Source: the human T2T-CHM13v2.0 reference genome, Homo sapiens. Taken from it: a stretch of DNA of 64,000 nucleotides. The notes beneath the pieces were generated by a model that was not told the DNA's origin, did not search any database, and was given only the letters and a program-made list of their open reading frames with translations. Positions within the stretch are counted from its first letter, which is position 1, and each line of letters starts with the position of its first letter. The stretch lies in assembly GCF_009914755.1 (NCBI RefSeq), contig NC_060926.1, one strand, 5' to 3'. The translations under genes and the position numbers were made by a program. This document shows positions 40,510-53,154 of this stretch, in pieces.

Positions 40510-41480
40510 AGTTTTTAGTATCTGGTAGGCAACATCTTCGAAAATTCCTTGCTTTCATTAATTTTTCCAACTCAACTTTAGAATTGTTTTATTGAATTTT
40601 AAAAACGGTCACATTGGAATTGCATTCAATTTACAGATTTATTTAAGGCAGATGATTATTTTTATAAATCTATCTTTTAATCCAGGAACAATCTATATCT
40701 CTTCCCTTACTCAAGTCACCTTTTCATCGCCCTAAGTAGTGTGTTCTACATTTCTTCCATAGATAAGACATTACTAGATTCAATCCTCCAGGTACCTAAT
40801 GGTTTTTGTTGATGGTGTAGATGGGATTTTTTCCCCATTATTTTTTCAAGCTGGTTATTGTTGATTGGTGGGAAAGTTGTTGATTAGAATATTTATTCTG
40901 TAATAGATAGATATGAAAAACAGTTTTGCTTTTTCCTTTCCAACACTTATTCTATTCTTTTTTTTTTTTTTTTTTGACTTATTGATATCCATGTCTGCTT
41001 AATCTTGACTTGGATTATGTTACTTGCAACCAAAAAAGTCCTGACTTACACATCTGGAAAAGAGTCTGAATTAAAAAATAAATCCTCTTGATATTAACTG
41101 TTATATCCATATATCTCCTTCTACTTATAACTTTAAGTGAAGGTATTTCCTAAGATTGACCTAACCCTGCATTCCGGGAGTTAAATCTATTTGGTCATGC
41201 ACTTATCTTGAAATATATTGCTGAATTCAGTTTACTATCGTTTATGTGTAGTTTTTGTTTCTTTAGTTGGTTTTGATACCAAAGTTTTGCTGGTTTTGTA
41301 AAATGATTTGAGATACTAATTCTTTCTCTGGGTCTTAGAACAGTTTAATAGCACAGGATTGATCTACTGCTTGAGAATCTGAAATACCTTTTGACGAGTA
41401 GGTCTCTAATTATTTTTCCATTTATTTCAAGCTTATTTCTTTATTGTCTTTCTATCTTTTTTGAAATCAATTTTGATATT
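40510..41480 (-). mobile_element. Ancient L1M ORF2 fragments
   Basis: attggaattgcattcaatttacagatt...ccctgcattccggg...gctgaattcagtttacta. Confidence 0.55.
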
Positions 41481-41895
41481 CTATATTGCCTGCCTGTCAG
41501 CCTCCTTGCCTCTTTCTCTCTCCTTTCTTGAATTATTCTTCCAGAAGCCATTAGGTGGGACTGAACAAGATAGGGCTCCATACAGGCAAGGTGGTGACCA
41601 CGGCTCTAAGTTGGGGTGTCAGGATCTGAGCAGGATGAAGAAGAAGACTGCATGGGGTGAGGTGTGACAGTGAGAGAAAAATGCTTATAAGTTGGGTCGG
41701 GGGAAGAGACTGATCCAATAAGTAAATATATTAATAATAATGACAGCCAAGTTTCACGTTTTCAGAGAAGGGAGTTACAACTATGGAAGGGGAAGAGAAC
41801 TAGAATTAATCCTGTGGTGTTGAATTGGAATTGGGATTATGGGTGTGAACTCACTGTTTTTAATACACAGATATAGAAATAAATATATGTATTTC

Positions 41896-42380
41896 TGTGT
41901 ATTTAGTTTTCTACTTCTGTATAATAAATTACCCCAAACCTTACTGGCTTAAAACAATAGGACATATTTATTATATCATAATTTCTGTATAGCAGGATTC
42001 TAGGTGTAGCATAGCCAGGGGCCCCAAGATCTCTCACAAGGCTGTCATCAAGGGTTGTAGTCTCATCTGAAGGCTCCGTTAGCAGGATCTGCTTCCACAC
42101 TCATTCATGTGGTTGGCAGGATTCACTTCCTCACTAGCTGTTGGTTGTGAGCCTCTCCAGAAGACAGCTCACAATATGGCAGCTGGCTTCTCTTGAGTGA
42201 GAGAGAATGCCCAAGTTGGAAGTCAATCTTTTTGTAACCTAAACTTGAAAGTGACATCCCATCACTTTTATCATATTCTGTTTGTTAGAGGTGAGTCAGT
42301 AGGCCCAGGCTGCACTTAAGGGGAGGGGATTATATAAGAACTTGAATACTAGGAGGTGGAAATCACTGGTAGCTCCTATA
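41896..42380 (-). mobile_element. MLT1 (D/E/F-like) solo LTR
   Basis: aattaccccaaaccttactggcttaaaacaa...tctctcacaaggctgtcatcaagg...gttggcaggattcacttcc...aagtgacatcccatcacttt. Confidence 0.8.

Positions 42381-42381
<1 letters not shown>

Positions 42382-42432
<51 letters not shown>
42382..42432 (+). repeat. (GATA)n tetranucleotide STR
   Basis: About 12 perfect atag/gata units. Confidence 0.95.
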
Positions 42433-42434
<2 letters not shown>

Positions 42435-43198
42435 GATAGATAGATGGATGATAGATAGATGGATAGATAGATAATAGCGATAGATGATAGAGATAAATGA
42501 TACAGGTAGATAGATAGATGATATAGATAGACATACACAGATTTCTCAACTCTGTGTACTGAAATATCCTAATAGCACTGAACACACATAGTGCCCAAAT
42601 CTTTGTTTTTAAGTACCTTTATAGATGATAGCTAGATGGATGATAGATAGATGGATAGATAGATAATAGCGATACATGATAGAGATAGATGATTTAGGTA
42701 GATAGATAGATGATATAGATAGACATACACAGATTTCTCAACTCTGTGTACTGAAATATCCTAATAGCACTGAACATAAATAGTGCCCAAATCTTTGTTT
42801 TTAAGTACCTTTATAGATGATAGCTAGATGGATGATAGATAGATGGATAGATAGATAATAGCGATACATGATAGAGATAGATGATATAGGTAGATAGATA
42901 GATGATATAGATAGACATACACAGATTTCTCAACTCTGTGTACTGAAATATCCTAATAGCACTGAACACACATAGTGCCCAAATCTTTGTTTTTAAGTAC
43001 CTTTATAGATGATAGCTAGATGGATGATAGATAGATGGATAGATAGATAATAGCGATAGATGATAGAGGTAGATGATACAGGTAGATAGATAAATGATAC
43101 AGATAGACATACACAGGTTTCTCAACTCTGTGTACTGAAACATCCTAATAGGACTGAGCACACATAGTGCCCAAATCTTTGTTTTTAAGTACCTTTAT
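42431..43198 (+). repeat. Tandem repeat, 4 x 192 bp
   Basis: Anchor (a/g)tttctcaactctgtgtactgaaa starts at 42541, 42733, 42925 and 43117. Confidence 0.95.
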
Positions 43199-44619
43199 CC
43201 ATTAAAAGGAACCAGGGCTTTTGAAGGAATGGTGGATTCCAGGACTGGGGCAGAAAAAGTACACAGTGAGCCTGGAACATCGTGGTGTGCCAGAAAGTAA
43301 AGAAGTGCTCAGAGAATGATGAGTCCAGATCAAACGGACATAGAAACCAGATTGAAGCCACTCTCACTAGCCAAATCTGGGATAACTTGACACGATACAA
43401 AAGAATAGTAACTGTTTTTGTTATTTTTTTACCATTGAATAAAATAGGAATCCCTGAGTCCATGCGGATATAGATAAATAAATGAATATATAAATGGGGA
43501 AAAGAGAGAAATCTGTCCTTGAGAGTAGAATGCCAACTCTACAGAAGGGATGATAGATTTAGAAAATCACCATTTGACAACACTCACAGTATTATGACTC
43601 AGCCAAGAAACATCAATGGATGCTAAAACTGTGGATGAGGAATGAGATAGTTACATAAATCTCAAAGCACGCCCCTACAAAGTACTTATTGATAACGAAG
43701 GGAAAGAGAGTCACTCGACAGTGGAAGGCAGTCCTTTAATTAAGTGATCAAGTTCAAATTGAAATTATGTGACCCCTGATAAGATGCACTGAGATGCATG
43801 TGATACAGAACCTGTATCTGATCATTAGGAGGCATCAGACAAGTCAAATCTTCAAAAGTGTAAGGTTAAGAGAGTCAAGAAAAGATTGAGGAATCATTCC
43901 AGATTGAATGAGGCTAAAGAGAAACGATAACAAAATGTAGCACATGATACTGGATTAGATCTGCTTGCTATGGATATTATTGAGACAATTGGCAAAACTT
44001 GAATGAAGTCAGCAGATCAGATGGTAGTAACATATTCATATTATTTTCTTGATTCTGATGGTCATATTGTGATTCTGTGGAAAGATGTCCTTGTTTTAAG
44101 AAACTACACGCTCAAATATTGGGGTGTATGGAGACATCCTATTGGCAAATTGCTCTGAAATGGTTAAGGAGGAAAAGTTATTTGTACTGTTCTTATAAAC
44201 TTTCAGTTTGAAATTATTTCTACATAAAAAAAGATAAAGAAAGGATACAAAACTCAACGAGGTGTGTGATCCTATGTCAACAAAAACATGCAATAAAGAA
44301 AGATTAAGTGAAAGTTATCCTATTCATCAAATTGTGCGTAGTATTTTCTCCTAATTTTTAATTCTCCTCTATAGGGATGCATGCCTCTCTCCTTCACTGT
44401 GCTGTGTGTCTGTGGCTGCCATCTCCTCTTTGATTTGCCCTGCTAGAGGCAGTTTTGTAATGACCAACAGTATGGGTTCTGGTGGTGGACAGATCTGAGA
44501 TAAAATATTTAACTTCCAAAGCCTCACTTTTCCCATCTGGGCAACAGGATTAACTGTACTTCCTACCTTATGAGGCAACTGTGAGAACCGAATGTGCCAG
44601 CGTTAAAGTGCTTATCATG

Positions 44620-45425
44620 TGTGACGGTTAATTTTATGAATTAACTTGACTGGGCCATGGGATGCCCAGATATTGATTAAACAGTATTTCTGGGTGTGCC
44701 TAATGTGGGTGTTTCCAAAAGAGATTAGCATTTGAATTGGTGGATTGAGCAAAGCAAATGACCCTCTCCAGTGTGAGTGGGCAGCATTTGATGTATTGAG
44801 GGTCTGAATAGAATAAAAGGTGGAAGAAGCGTCAACTCACTCTCTGCCCAACAAGTTGAGCTGAGACATTGACCTTCTCCGGCCCTTAGTGCCCCTGGTT
44901 CTCAGTCTGTCAGACAGACTGGAATCTACACCATTGGCTCTCTGGCTTTCAGGCCTTCAAACTACGCCACCAGCTTTCTTTGCCTCCAGCCTGCAGACAG
45001 CAAATCCTGTGACTTCTCAGCCTCCACAATTATGTGAGCCAATTCTTTTTTTTTTTTTTTTTTTTTTAATTCGGGGTCTCACTCTGTCACCCAGGCTGCA
45101 GTGGCCCAATCTCAGCTCACTGCAGCTTCGGACTCCTGGACTCAAGCAATCCTCCCACCTCAGTCTCCTGAGTAACTGGGACTACAGGCGCGTGCCGCTA
45201 CATTCAGCTAATTAAATTTTTTTGTTTGTTTGTTTTTGGTCACAACAAAGTCTCATTATATTGCCAAGCTGGTCTTGAACTCCTGGGCTCAAGGGATCCC
45301 CCTGCCTTGGCCTCCCCAAGTGCTAGGGTTACAGGCATGAGCCACTGCATCCAGGGTGAGCCAGTTCTTTAAAATAAATCTCTCTCTCTCTCATCTCTGT
45401 TTCTCTGGAGAATCCTGACTAATAC
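44620..45425 (+). mobile_element. MLT2 (B/C/D-like) ERVL solo LTR containing an AluJ
   Basis: tgtgacggttaattttatg...aacttgactgggccatgggatgcccagata...gagattagcatttgaattgg...tctggagaatcctgactaatac. Confidence 0.85.
45049..45355 (-). mobile_element. AluJ-type SINE
   Basis: Poly-T plus reverse Alu; TSD gtgagcca(a/g)ttcttt at 45034-45048 and 45356-45370. Confidence 0.93.
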
Positions 45426-45489
45426 CTCATAGTACCTGGCCATTAGCTGAATGCCTAATAAATGCTGTTATTATTATCCTAATTATAGT

Positions 45490-46345
45490 CTTTTCAAAGA
45501 CCCAACTCTTAGATTTCTTGGATCTATAGTTTTTATTTTTATCATCATCTAATTTATTAGATGATGATAAAATGTTTCTTCTAACTTTTCATAGCTTTGT
45601 TGACTTTGCCCTTTTACTTGCTTTTTTGAGTTGAAAACTTAGTTCATTTAATTTCTTCTGTTTAATGAGAAAAACATAAAACTCTATATATTTTGCTCTT
45701 TAGAGCTTCATATGTTCTCTTTGCTGTGGCTCTCATTGTTTCCTAAATAATCATTCATTACTTGCAGTCTTGATTTCCTCTTTGACTTTAGGGCTATTAA
45801 AACTATTCTACACCCTTCTAGAGTGGCTTCAGTTTGTTTCTTTGTTTTTCTTTTTGTTTTTAAAGTGTAGTTTTGCTGCATTGTGGTTTGCGTTTGTGCA
45901 TTGTACTATTTCCACTTTTTAGATTTTAATGAGATTTTCCTTGTGGCCTAAGATATGATCAAATTTTGTAACTGTTTCTTGGTCATTTGAAATAAATATG
46001 TATTGTCTGTTTCTAGGAACACATTTTGATATAGATCTGTGAAGCCAAAGTTTAATAGTAATTTTTAATCATTCTATCTTCTTATTGAAATGCCTGTCTA
46101 CCTGATTTCTCAGAAATGGCGAGGCATGTTTGGTGTTCTTTTACAGCCATGGTTTTATTCAATTTCTCTTTAATACTTAACCTTTTTGTACTTGTACATT
46201 TGATGCTTTATTTGGCACACACAGATTAATGGATCTTATATCCTCATCTAGTTTACCTCACTTACCAATATCCCTTGCAATGCTTTTTTTTGTTGTGAAT
46301 TGTACTGTCTAATATTAATATTGCTTTCTTTTTGTTTGCACTTGG
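45490..46345 (-). mobile_element. Ancient L1M fragment (5' part of ORF2)
   Basis: T-rich; ttgtggcctaagatatgatcaaattttgtaactgtttc...ttgaaataaatatgtatt. Confidence 0.6.
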
Positions 46346-46359
46346 GTAGAGGATACCCA

Positions 46360-46760
46360 GTAGATTGTTCACTCTTTCCCAGAAGGTGGTCTACTTTATA
46401 GGAAGCCTTGTAAAGCCCTGACCCAAGCTATGCTTGTTTGCTCCAGAGATGGGCATGTGACCATGCTGGACCAATCAGATACTCCCTGAGTTGGTGGGAA
46501 TTGGGACCAATGGGTTACACTTCATTTTGCTGTTGTCTAGATTTGAGGGGATACACACTTGGGGATGCCTGTGCTATGGCCGTCTTCCTCCAGGAAAAGA
46601 TGGAAAGCAGAGGACATGGCTTGGTGCAAATGTGGAAAATGAAGGAGATGCACAAGAAACCCAGGGATGAGAGATGGGAAAGACTCCTAACAGCCTGGAG
46701 TTCCCTGTGTCATTCTAGTTCTGAGCCTCTAGAGTCAGGGAATTTCATCATTCATCTCAT
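46360..46760 (+). mobile_element. Old ERVL/MaLR LTR (LTR33-like) fragment
   Basis: gatgggcatgtgaccatgctggaccaatcagatactccctg. Confidence 0.5.
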
Positions 46761-46846
46761 GATAGTGCTCTCTCTTCTTCATTCTCCCTTTTACTCCCCC
46801 TACCGTGTTCCTATCTCCTCAGGTTTGCCTTGCAAGTTTCTTTATA

Positions 46847-47183
46847 CAGTTATGCATCACTTAACGACGGGGATACATGCTGAGAAATACATCTCTACGC
46901 AATTTTGTCATTGTGTGAACATCATAGAGCATCCTTACACAAATCTAGATAGTATAGCCTACTACACACCTAGGCTATATGGTATGGCCTACTGCTCCTA
47001 GGGTACAAATCTGTACAGCATGTTATGTGCTGAATACTGTAGGCAGTTGTAGCACAGTGGTAAGTATCTGTGCATCTAAACATAGAAACGGTACAGTGAA
47101 AATATGGTATTAAAATCTTATGAGACCACCATTGCATATGCGGTCCTTCATTGGCTAAAATGTGGTGATGTGGCACATGACTG
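46847..47183 (+). mobile_element. Tigger3a TcMar MITE
   Basis: TA|cagttatgcatcacttaacgacggggatac...ggcacatgactg|TA. Confidence 0.92.
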
Positions 47184-47399
47184 TATTTAGAAATTAGGAA
47201 ATTACACTTTCTATTTTTAGTCAACTACTTCTTCCCTTACACATATACACACTACATATATATAAATATATGTATGTATATGTACATATGTGTGTATATA
47301 TGTGTGTGCATATATATAATGTGTATATATAGGAAATTATAGTTTCTATTTTTAGTCTACTTCTTTCCTTAAACACACACACACTACATATATATGTGT

Positions 47400-49110
47400 A
47401 TATATGAGCATATATACAAAAAGTGTATGTATACACACTTATATACACATATACACATATATGTATGTGGATATGTGTATATATACATATACATATATAC
47501 ATATACATATATACACATATCCACATATATGTGTATATATACACATATCCACATACGTGTGTATATGTGTATATATACACATATCCACATACGTGTGTAT
47601 ATGTGTATATATACACATATCCACATACGTGTGTATATGTGTATATATACACATATCCACATACGTGTGTATATGTGTATATATACACATATCCACATAC
47701 GTGTGTATATGTGTATATATACACATATCCACATACGTGTGTATATGTGTATATATACACATATCCACATACGTGTGTATATGTGTATATATACACATCC
47801 ACATACGTGTGTATATGTGTATATATACACATATCCACATACGTGTGTATATGTGTATATATACACATATCCACATACATATATGTGTATATATACACAT
47901 ATCCACATACATATGTGTATACATGTATATACACACGTATCCACAAACATATATGTGTATACATGTATATACACACGTATCCACAAACATATATGTGTAT
48001 ACATGTATATACACACGTATCCACAAACATATGTGTATACATGTATATACACACGTATCCACAAACATATATGTGTATACATGTATATACACACGTATCC
48101 ACAAACATATATGTGTATACATGTATATACACACGTATCCACAAACATATATGTGTATACATGTATATACACACGTATCCACAAACATATGTGTATACAT
48201 GTATATACACACGTATCCACAAACATATATGTGTATACATGTATATACACACGTATCCACAAACATATATGTGTATACATGTATATACACACGTATCCAC
48301 AAACATATATGTGTATACATGTATATACACACGTATCCACAAACATATGTGTATACATGTATATACACACGTATCCACAAACATATATGTGTATACATGT
48401 ATATACACACGTATCCACAAACATATATGTGTATACATGTATATACACACGTATCCACAAACATATATGTGTATACATGTATATATACACGTATCCACAA
48501 GCATATATGCGTATATATACGCGTATCCACCTACATATATGCGTATGTATACGCGTATCCACCTACATATATGCGTATGTATACGCGTATCCACCTACAT
48601 ATATGCGTATGTATACGCGTATCCACCTACATATATGCGTATGTATACGCGTATCCACCTACATATATGCGTATGTATACGCGTATCCACCTACATATAT
48701 GCGTATGTATACGCGTATCCACCTACATATATGCGTATGTATACGCGTATCCACCTACATATATGCGTATGTATACGCGTATCCACCTACATATATGCGT
48801 ATGTATACGCGTATCCACCTACATATATGCGTATGTATACGCGTATCCACCTACATATATGCGTATGTATACGCGTATCCACCTACATATATGCGTATGT
48901 ATACGCGTATCCACCTACATATATGCGTATGTATACGCATATCCACATTCATACATGCACACACATATGTATACATATATACACATATACATACACACAT
49001 GTGTATATATGCATATATACACACATATGTATACGTATATATGCAGTGTATGTGTTTAAGGGAAGAAGTAGTATATGTGTATATATATGTATGTCTATAT
49101 ATATAGACAC
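47400..49110. repeat. Compound RY-alternating VNTR with 36-bp, 38/40-bp and 32-bp domains
   Basis: Units ccacatacgtgtgtatatgtgtatatatacacatat (47549-47870), ccacaaacatatatgtgtatacatgtatatacacacgtat (47903-48494) and ccacctacatatatgcgtatgtatacgcgtat (48527-48942). Confidence 0.97.
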
Positions 49111-49129
49111 ATACTATATATACTGTACA

Positions 49130-49880
49130 TTGTTTCTTCATCAACCTCAAAAAGAACATGGTATGCATTTATTTCCCCTGTGTAGGATAATTTCATGCTT
49201 TTTAATTGCATCACTACTTCTACCTCCCATTTTTTCTTGATATAATGACATTTTAGATTAAGATGATTATTATGAATTTGTTTCTTACATTTATGTATCT
49301 TTTTTAGTAATTGCTTTAGACATTTCTATTACTTTTAAAATCATGTTACTATCAATTTTAATAAGTTCACTCTATTATGTATCTAATTTCTACTAATTTT
49401 TTCATTTTTTCTTGCTTAGCTGGAGCACTGCTTTGAACAAATTTTTCTGGTTGGTTGAGGGAGTGATATACATTCTAAATGCTTACATGCTTCAAAATGT
49501 CTTAACTGCCATCACAAATGAATTATAACCTTCATGTTTCAGTTGCAGTCTTTTCTCCTTGGAACTTTGTAGATATTATATTTATCATATTTCTTTTTGT
49601 ATGTAGGATTGTAGAGGAGAAGTCTGATTCCAGTTCAATTCTCTTCACCCTGACGTGTAACCCACCACCCTCCTCCCACCCCACAAATACATCAAGGATT
49701 TTAAAATTTATCCCTGACATCCTAAACTTTCACCAGGAGATATTTAAGCATGGCCCCTCTTTCATTAATAATGCTTGTTTTTTTCACAGGAACTTTTGTT
49801 TCTGTGGTTAAAGATATTGTCCATCTCTCATGTTTCCCCCTTGATCCATCTGCTCCTCTTTCTCCTTCTGGAATGGCAAT
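49130..49880 (-). mobile_element. Ancient L1M/HAL1 ORF1-region fragment
   Basis: gtagaggagaagtctgattccagttcaattctc...ctaaactttcaccaggagatattt (reverse ORF1-like). Confidence 0.5.
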
Positions 49881-49885
49881 GAAGT

Positions 49886-50480
49886 TGTTTTTAAATACGG
49901 GCTTTATTATTATTCAGGTGTGGCGAGGCCAACAGATCAGGACACAACCACCATTGAAAAGATGGTTTATTACTCACAGTCCCAAGAGGAGAAGGCATAA
50001 TATGCCATGGGTGTGAGTGGGAGGGACACTGGGAAGCACCAGGGTCAGTCAGGAGGCAGAGGGAGTGGGGAACATGTGGGCAAGAGCCTTTACTGTAGTT
50101 TCTGTGGGAAGGAATGGGTGAAGCAGGGTAGGCATGCTTAGAATTAGCTAGTTTGAGTAATTTGAATAATGCTGAATAATTGAATAACTTCAGCAGCTCT
50201 GGGACATAGAGACTGTTCCTAGATGCCTGATACCTGGCTCTGGGGTGATTAGGGTGGATGGATAGTGACCAGAGTGTGAGAGACCTGTGAGAACCCTAAA
50301 AAGGAGATGGTTAGGGTCTGGGCTCTGGATTCATTAGTTTGCATTTGAAAGGCACGCTTCCAAGGAAGTTCTTTACTAGCTCTAGAAATTGACTAGGAAG
50401 AGATGTTTTCTCCAGGGTCAGCAAGGCCCCAGATTTTGAAGCCCCAGAAATACAGAAAATAAAAAGGCATGATGAATACA
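49886..50480 (-). mobile_element. ERVL-type solo LTR (MER68-like)
   Basis: TG...CA ends; gtggcgaggccaacagatcagg...cagggtcagcaaggccccaga...aataca; perfect TSD GAAGT at 49881-49885 and 50481-50485. Confidence 0.85.
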
Positions 50481-50636
50481 GAAGTAGTTACGAGAAGCCC
50501 CCTAAATAACTCTGCTGTATCTGTAGTTATATATACGCTTGATTGTTTCTAATGATAATATGTTAAAGAAAAGATTATTATTGTAACATATTATTTAGCT
50601 CTCCTTTTGCTTTCCATACTGCCAAAGGTTTGTATA

Positions 50637-51790
50637 CAGTCATATACCTCATAACGACATTTCATTCAACAACTGACTGCATATATGACAGTGGTACCAT
50701 AAGATTATGATGGAGTTGAAGAATTCCTATCACCTAGTGATAGTGTAGCCATCATAATGTCATAGTGTAACACATTACTAACAAACCTACTGTGCTGCCA
50801 GTCATATAAAATTATAGCATGTACAATTATGTTCAGTATATAACACTTGATAATGATAGTAAATGACTATGTCACTAGTATATGGATTTGCTATACCGTA
50901 CTTTTTAATCATTATGTTAGAGTGTACTTTTTCTACTTATACGAAAAGGTTAACTGTAGAACAGCCTCAAGCAGGTCTTTCAGGAGGTATTCCAGAAGGA
51001 GGCATTGTTATCATAGGAGATGACAGCTGCATGCATGTTACTGCCCCTGTAGACCTTCCAGTGGGACAAGGTGTGGAGGTGGAAGACAGTGATATTGATG
51101 ATCCTGACCCTGTGGAGGCCTAGGCTAATGTGTGTGTTTATGTCTTAGTTTTTAGCAAAAAGGTTTAAAAAGTAAAGAAAAAATTTTAAAATAGGAAAAA
51201 GCTTATAGAATAAGGAAATAAATAATTTTCGTAAAGCTGTACAATGTGTTTGTGTTTTAAGCTGAATGTGTAAAGTCAAAAAGTTAAAAAATTAAAAAGC
51301 TTATAAAGTAAAAACAATTACAGTAATTTAAAGTAATTTAAGGTAAATTTGATTGTAAGTTAAGTGTAGTCTAATTGTTTATGATGTCTACAGTAGTATA
51401 CAGTAATGTCTTAGGCCTTCACATTCACCCACCACTTACTCACTGACTCACCCAGAGCAACTTCCAGTTCTGCAAGCTTCATTCATGGTAAGTGTCCTCT
51501 ACAGGTGTACCATTTTTTATCTTTTATACTAAATTTTTACTGTACCTGTTCTATGTTTAGATAAACAAGTACATAACCATTGTGTTCCAACTGCATACAG
51601 TATTCAGTAGAGTAGCACGCTGTCCAGATTTGTAGCCTAGGAGCAATAGGCCATACCATACAGTCCAGTGTGTAGCAGGCTGTACCGTCTAGATTTGTGT
51701 ACATACAAACTATAATGTTTGCACAATGACAAAATTGCCTAATAATGCATTTCTCAGAATGTATCGTCATCGTTAAATGATGCATAACTG
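50637..51790 (-). mobile_element. Tigger3b TcMar DNA transposon
   Basis: TA|cagtcat...cataactg|TA; colinear with 32297-33497. Confidence 0.9.
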
Positions 51791-51828
51791 TATTTCATTA
51801 GTTTTATGTATTTCCAAACAGCCACTTT

Positions 51829-52376
51829 AAAAAAATTTCAACTTTTATTTTAGATATGGGGATACATGTACAGATTTGTTACACAGGAATAGTGTGATGC
51901 TGAGGTTTAGAGTATGGATCCCATCACCCGGATAGTAAGCATATTACTTGATAGGTAGTTTTTAATCCACCCCACTCGCTCCACCCTCTAGTGGCCCACG
52001 TCTATTGTTCCCATATTTATGTCCATGTGTGCTCAATGCTTAGCTCCTACTTATAAGTGAGAACATGCAGTATTTGGTTTCCTGTGTTAATTTGCTTAGG
52101 ATTATGGCCTCCAGCCCCATCCATGTTGCTGCAAAGGACATGATTTCATCCTTTTTTGTGGCTGCATAGTATTCCATAGTTATATGTACCACATCTTCTT
52201 TATCCAATCTACCACTCATGGGCACCTGGGTTGATTCCATGTCTTTGCTGTTGTGAGTAGTGCAGCAATGAACATACAAGTACATGCGTCTTTTTGGTAG
52301 AATGATTTATTTCTTTTGGGTATGGCCCCAGTAATGGGATTGCTGGGATGAATGGCAGCTCTGTTTTAAGTTCTTC
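51829..52376 (-). mobile_element. L1PA15/16-like 3' end, 5'-truncated
   Basis: ttcaacttttattttagata...gtgatgctgaggtttagagtatggatcccatcacc...ttataagtgagaacatgcagtatttgg. Confidence 0.85.
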
Positions 52377-53154
52377 AAAAACCACTTTTTATTTCATTAT
52401 TCCTTTCTATTTTTTGTTTCTTTTCGTTTTATTATTTTTGGCTTTTATCTATATTATTTCCTTTTTTTTCTATTTCCTTTTGTTTTTTTCCATTATTCTA
52501 TTTTCAACTTCTTGAGTTGAATCCCGAATCCATTTATTTTAAAACTTTCTCAATTTCTAATAAATATATTTAGGTCTAGACGCATCTCTCTAGTTATAGC
52601 TTGACAAATTTTGATGTGCCATGCTGTTCTGCTCTCATCTCTCATCATTGTTCAGTTCTAAAAGGTTCATAATTTTTATTGTGGTTTCTTCTTTAACCCA
52701 TAAATTAGTTGGCAGTGGGATTGTTTTGCTTGTTTGCTTCCAAATATATGGGTCTTTTTTTAAAATTTTTTTTGGAATAGGGCCTCCGTTAATAGTTTGA
52801 GTTGTATTGTGTGGTGGTCAGAACACATGGTCTGTATCTGTATCATATTGATAAGACTTCTTTTGACAGACATTGCAAGTCAAATATTTTAAATGACCAT
52901 ATATACTTAGAAGGAGTATGTGCTTTCTATTGAGTGCAAAGTGCTATATGGCTCTATTATATCAAATCTCTTGTGATTTTATTACTTAAATATTTTTATG
53001 ATGTTAGAAATTTTGACTGCATGTTCTGTTCATCTCTGAGAGAGCGACCTACTCTGATTGTGGATTTGTCAATTTCTTTTTTGATGCTATCAATTGCATA
53101 CTTTAAGCGCATTGTTAGTTGAATATAAGGCATTATGGTTATGCCATTACATTT

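Larger units (their letters stand above)
41690..44240 (+). mobile_element. L1MC/L1MD-type 3' end interrupted by MLT1, a (GATA)n tract and a tandem array
   Basis: aagtaaatatattaataataatgacagccaag...; after the array attaaaaggaaccagggc...gtgagcctggaacatc...; ends gaaattatttctacataaaaaaag. Confidence 0.7.
44480..45480 (+). mobile_element. MIR split by an MLT2 LTR
   Basis: gcctcacttttcccatctg...aaagtgctta (to about 44615) resumes as catagtacctggc...taataaatgctgttattatta (45426-45478). Confidence 0.65.

Noticed and set aside
42431-43198. CRISPR-like repeat-spacer array
   Set aside because: Whole 192-bp units repeat with no unique spacers, there are no cas genes, and the context is eukaryotic.
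47221-49240. ORFs of 363-605 aa in all six frames (Y/I/H/T/C/V/M-rich)
   Set aside because: A strictly RY-alternating VNTR cannot form stop codons; the translations are periodic and not protein-like.
50150-50190. Short tgaataat reiteration (also ttaatttaatggaa x2 near 31997 and gatgttc x2 near 60445)
   Set aside because: Ordinary slippage duplications inside old repeats.
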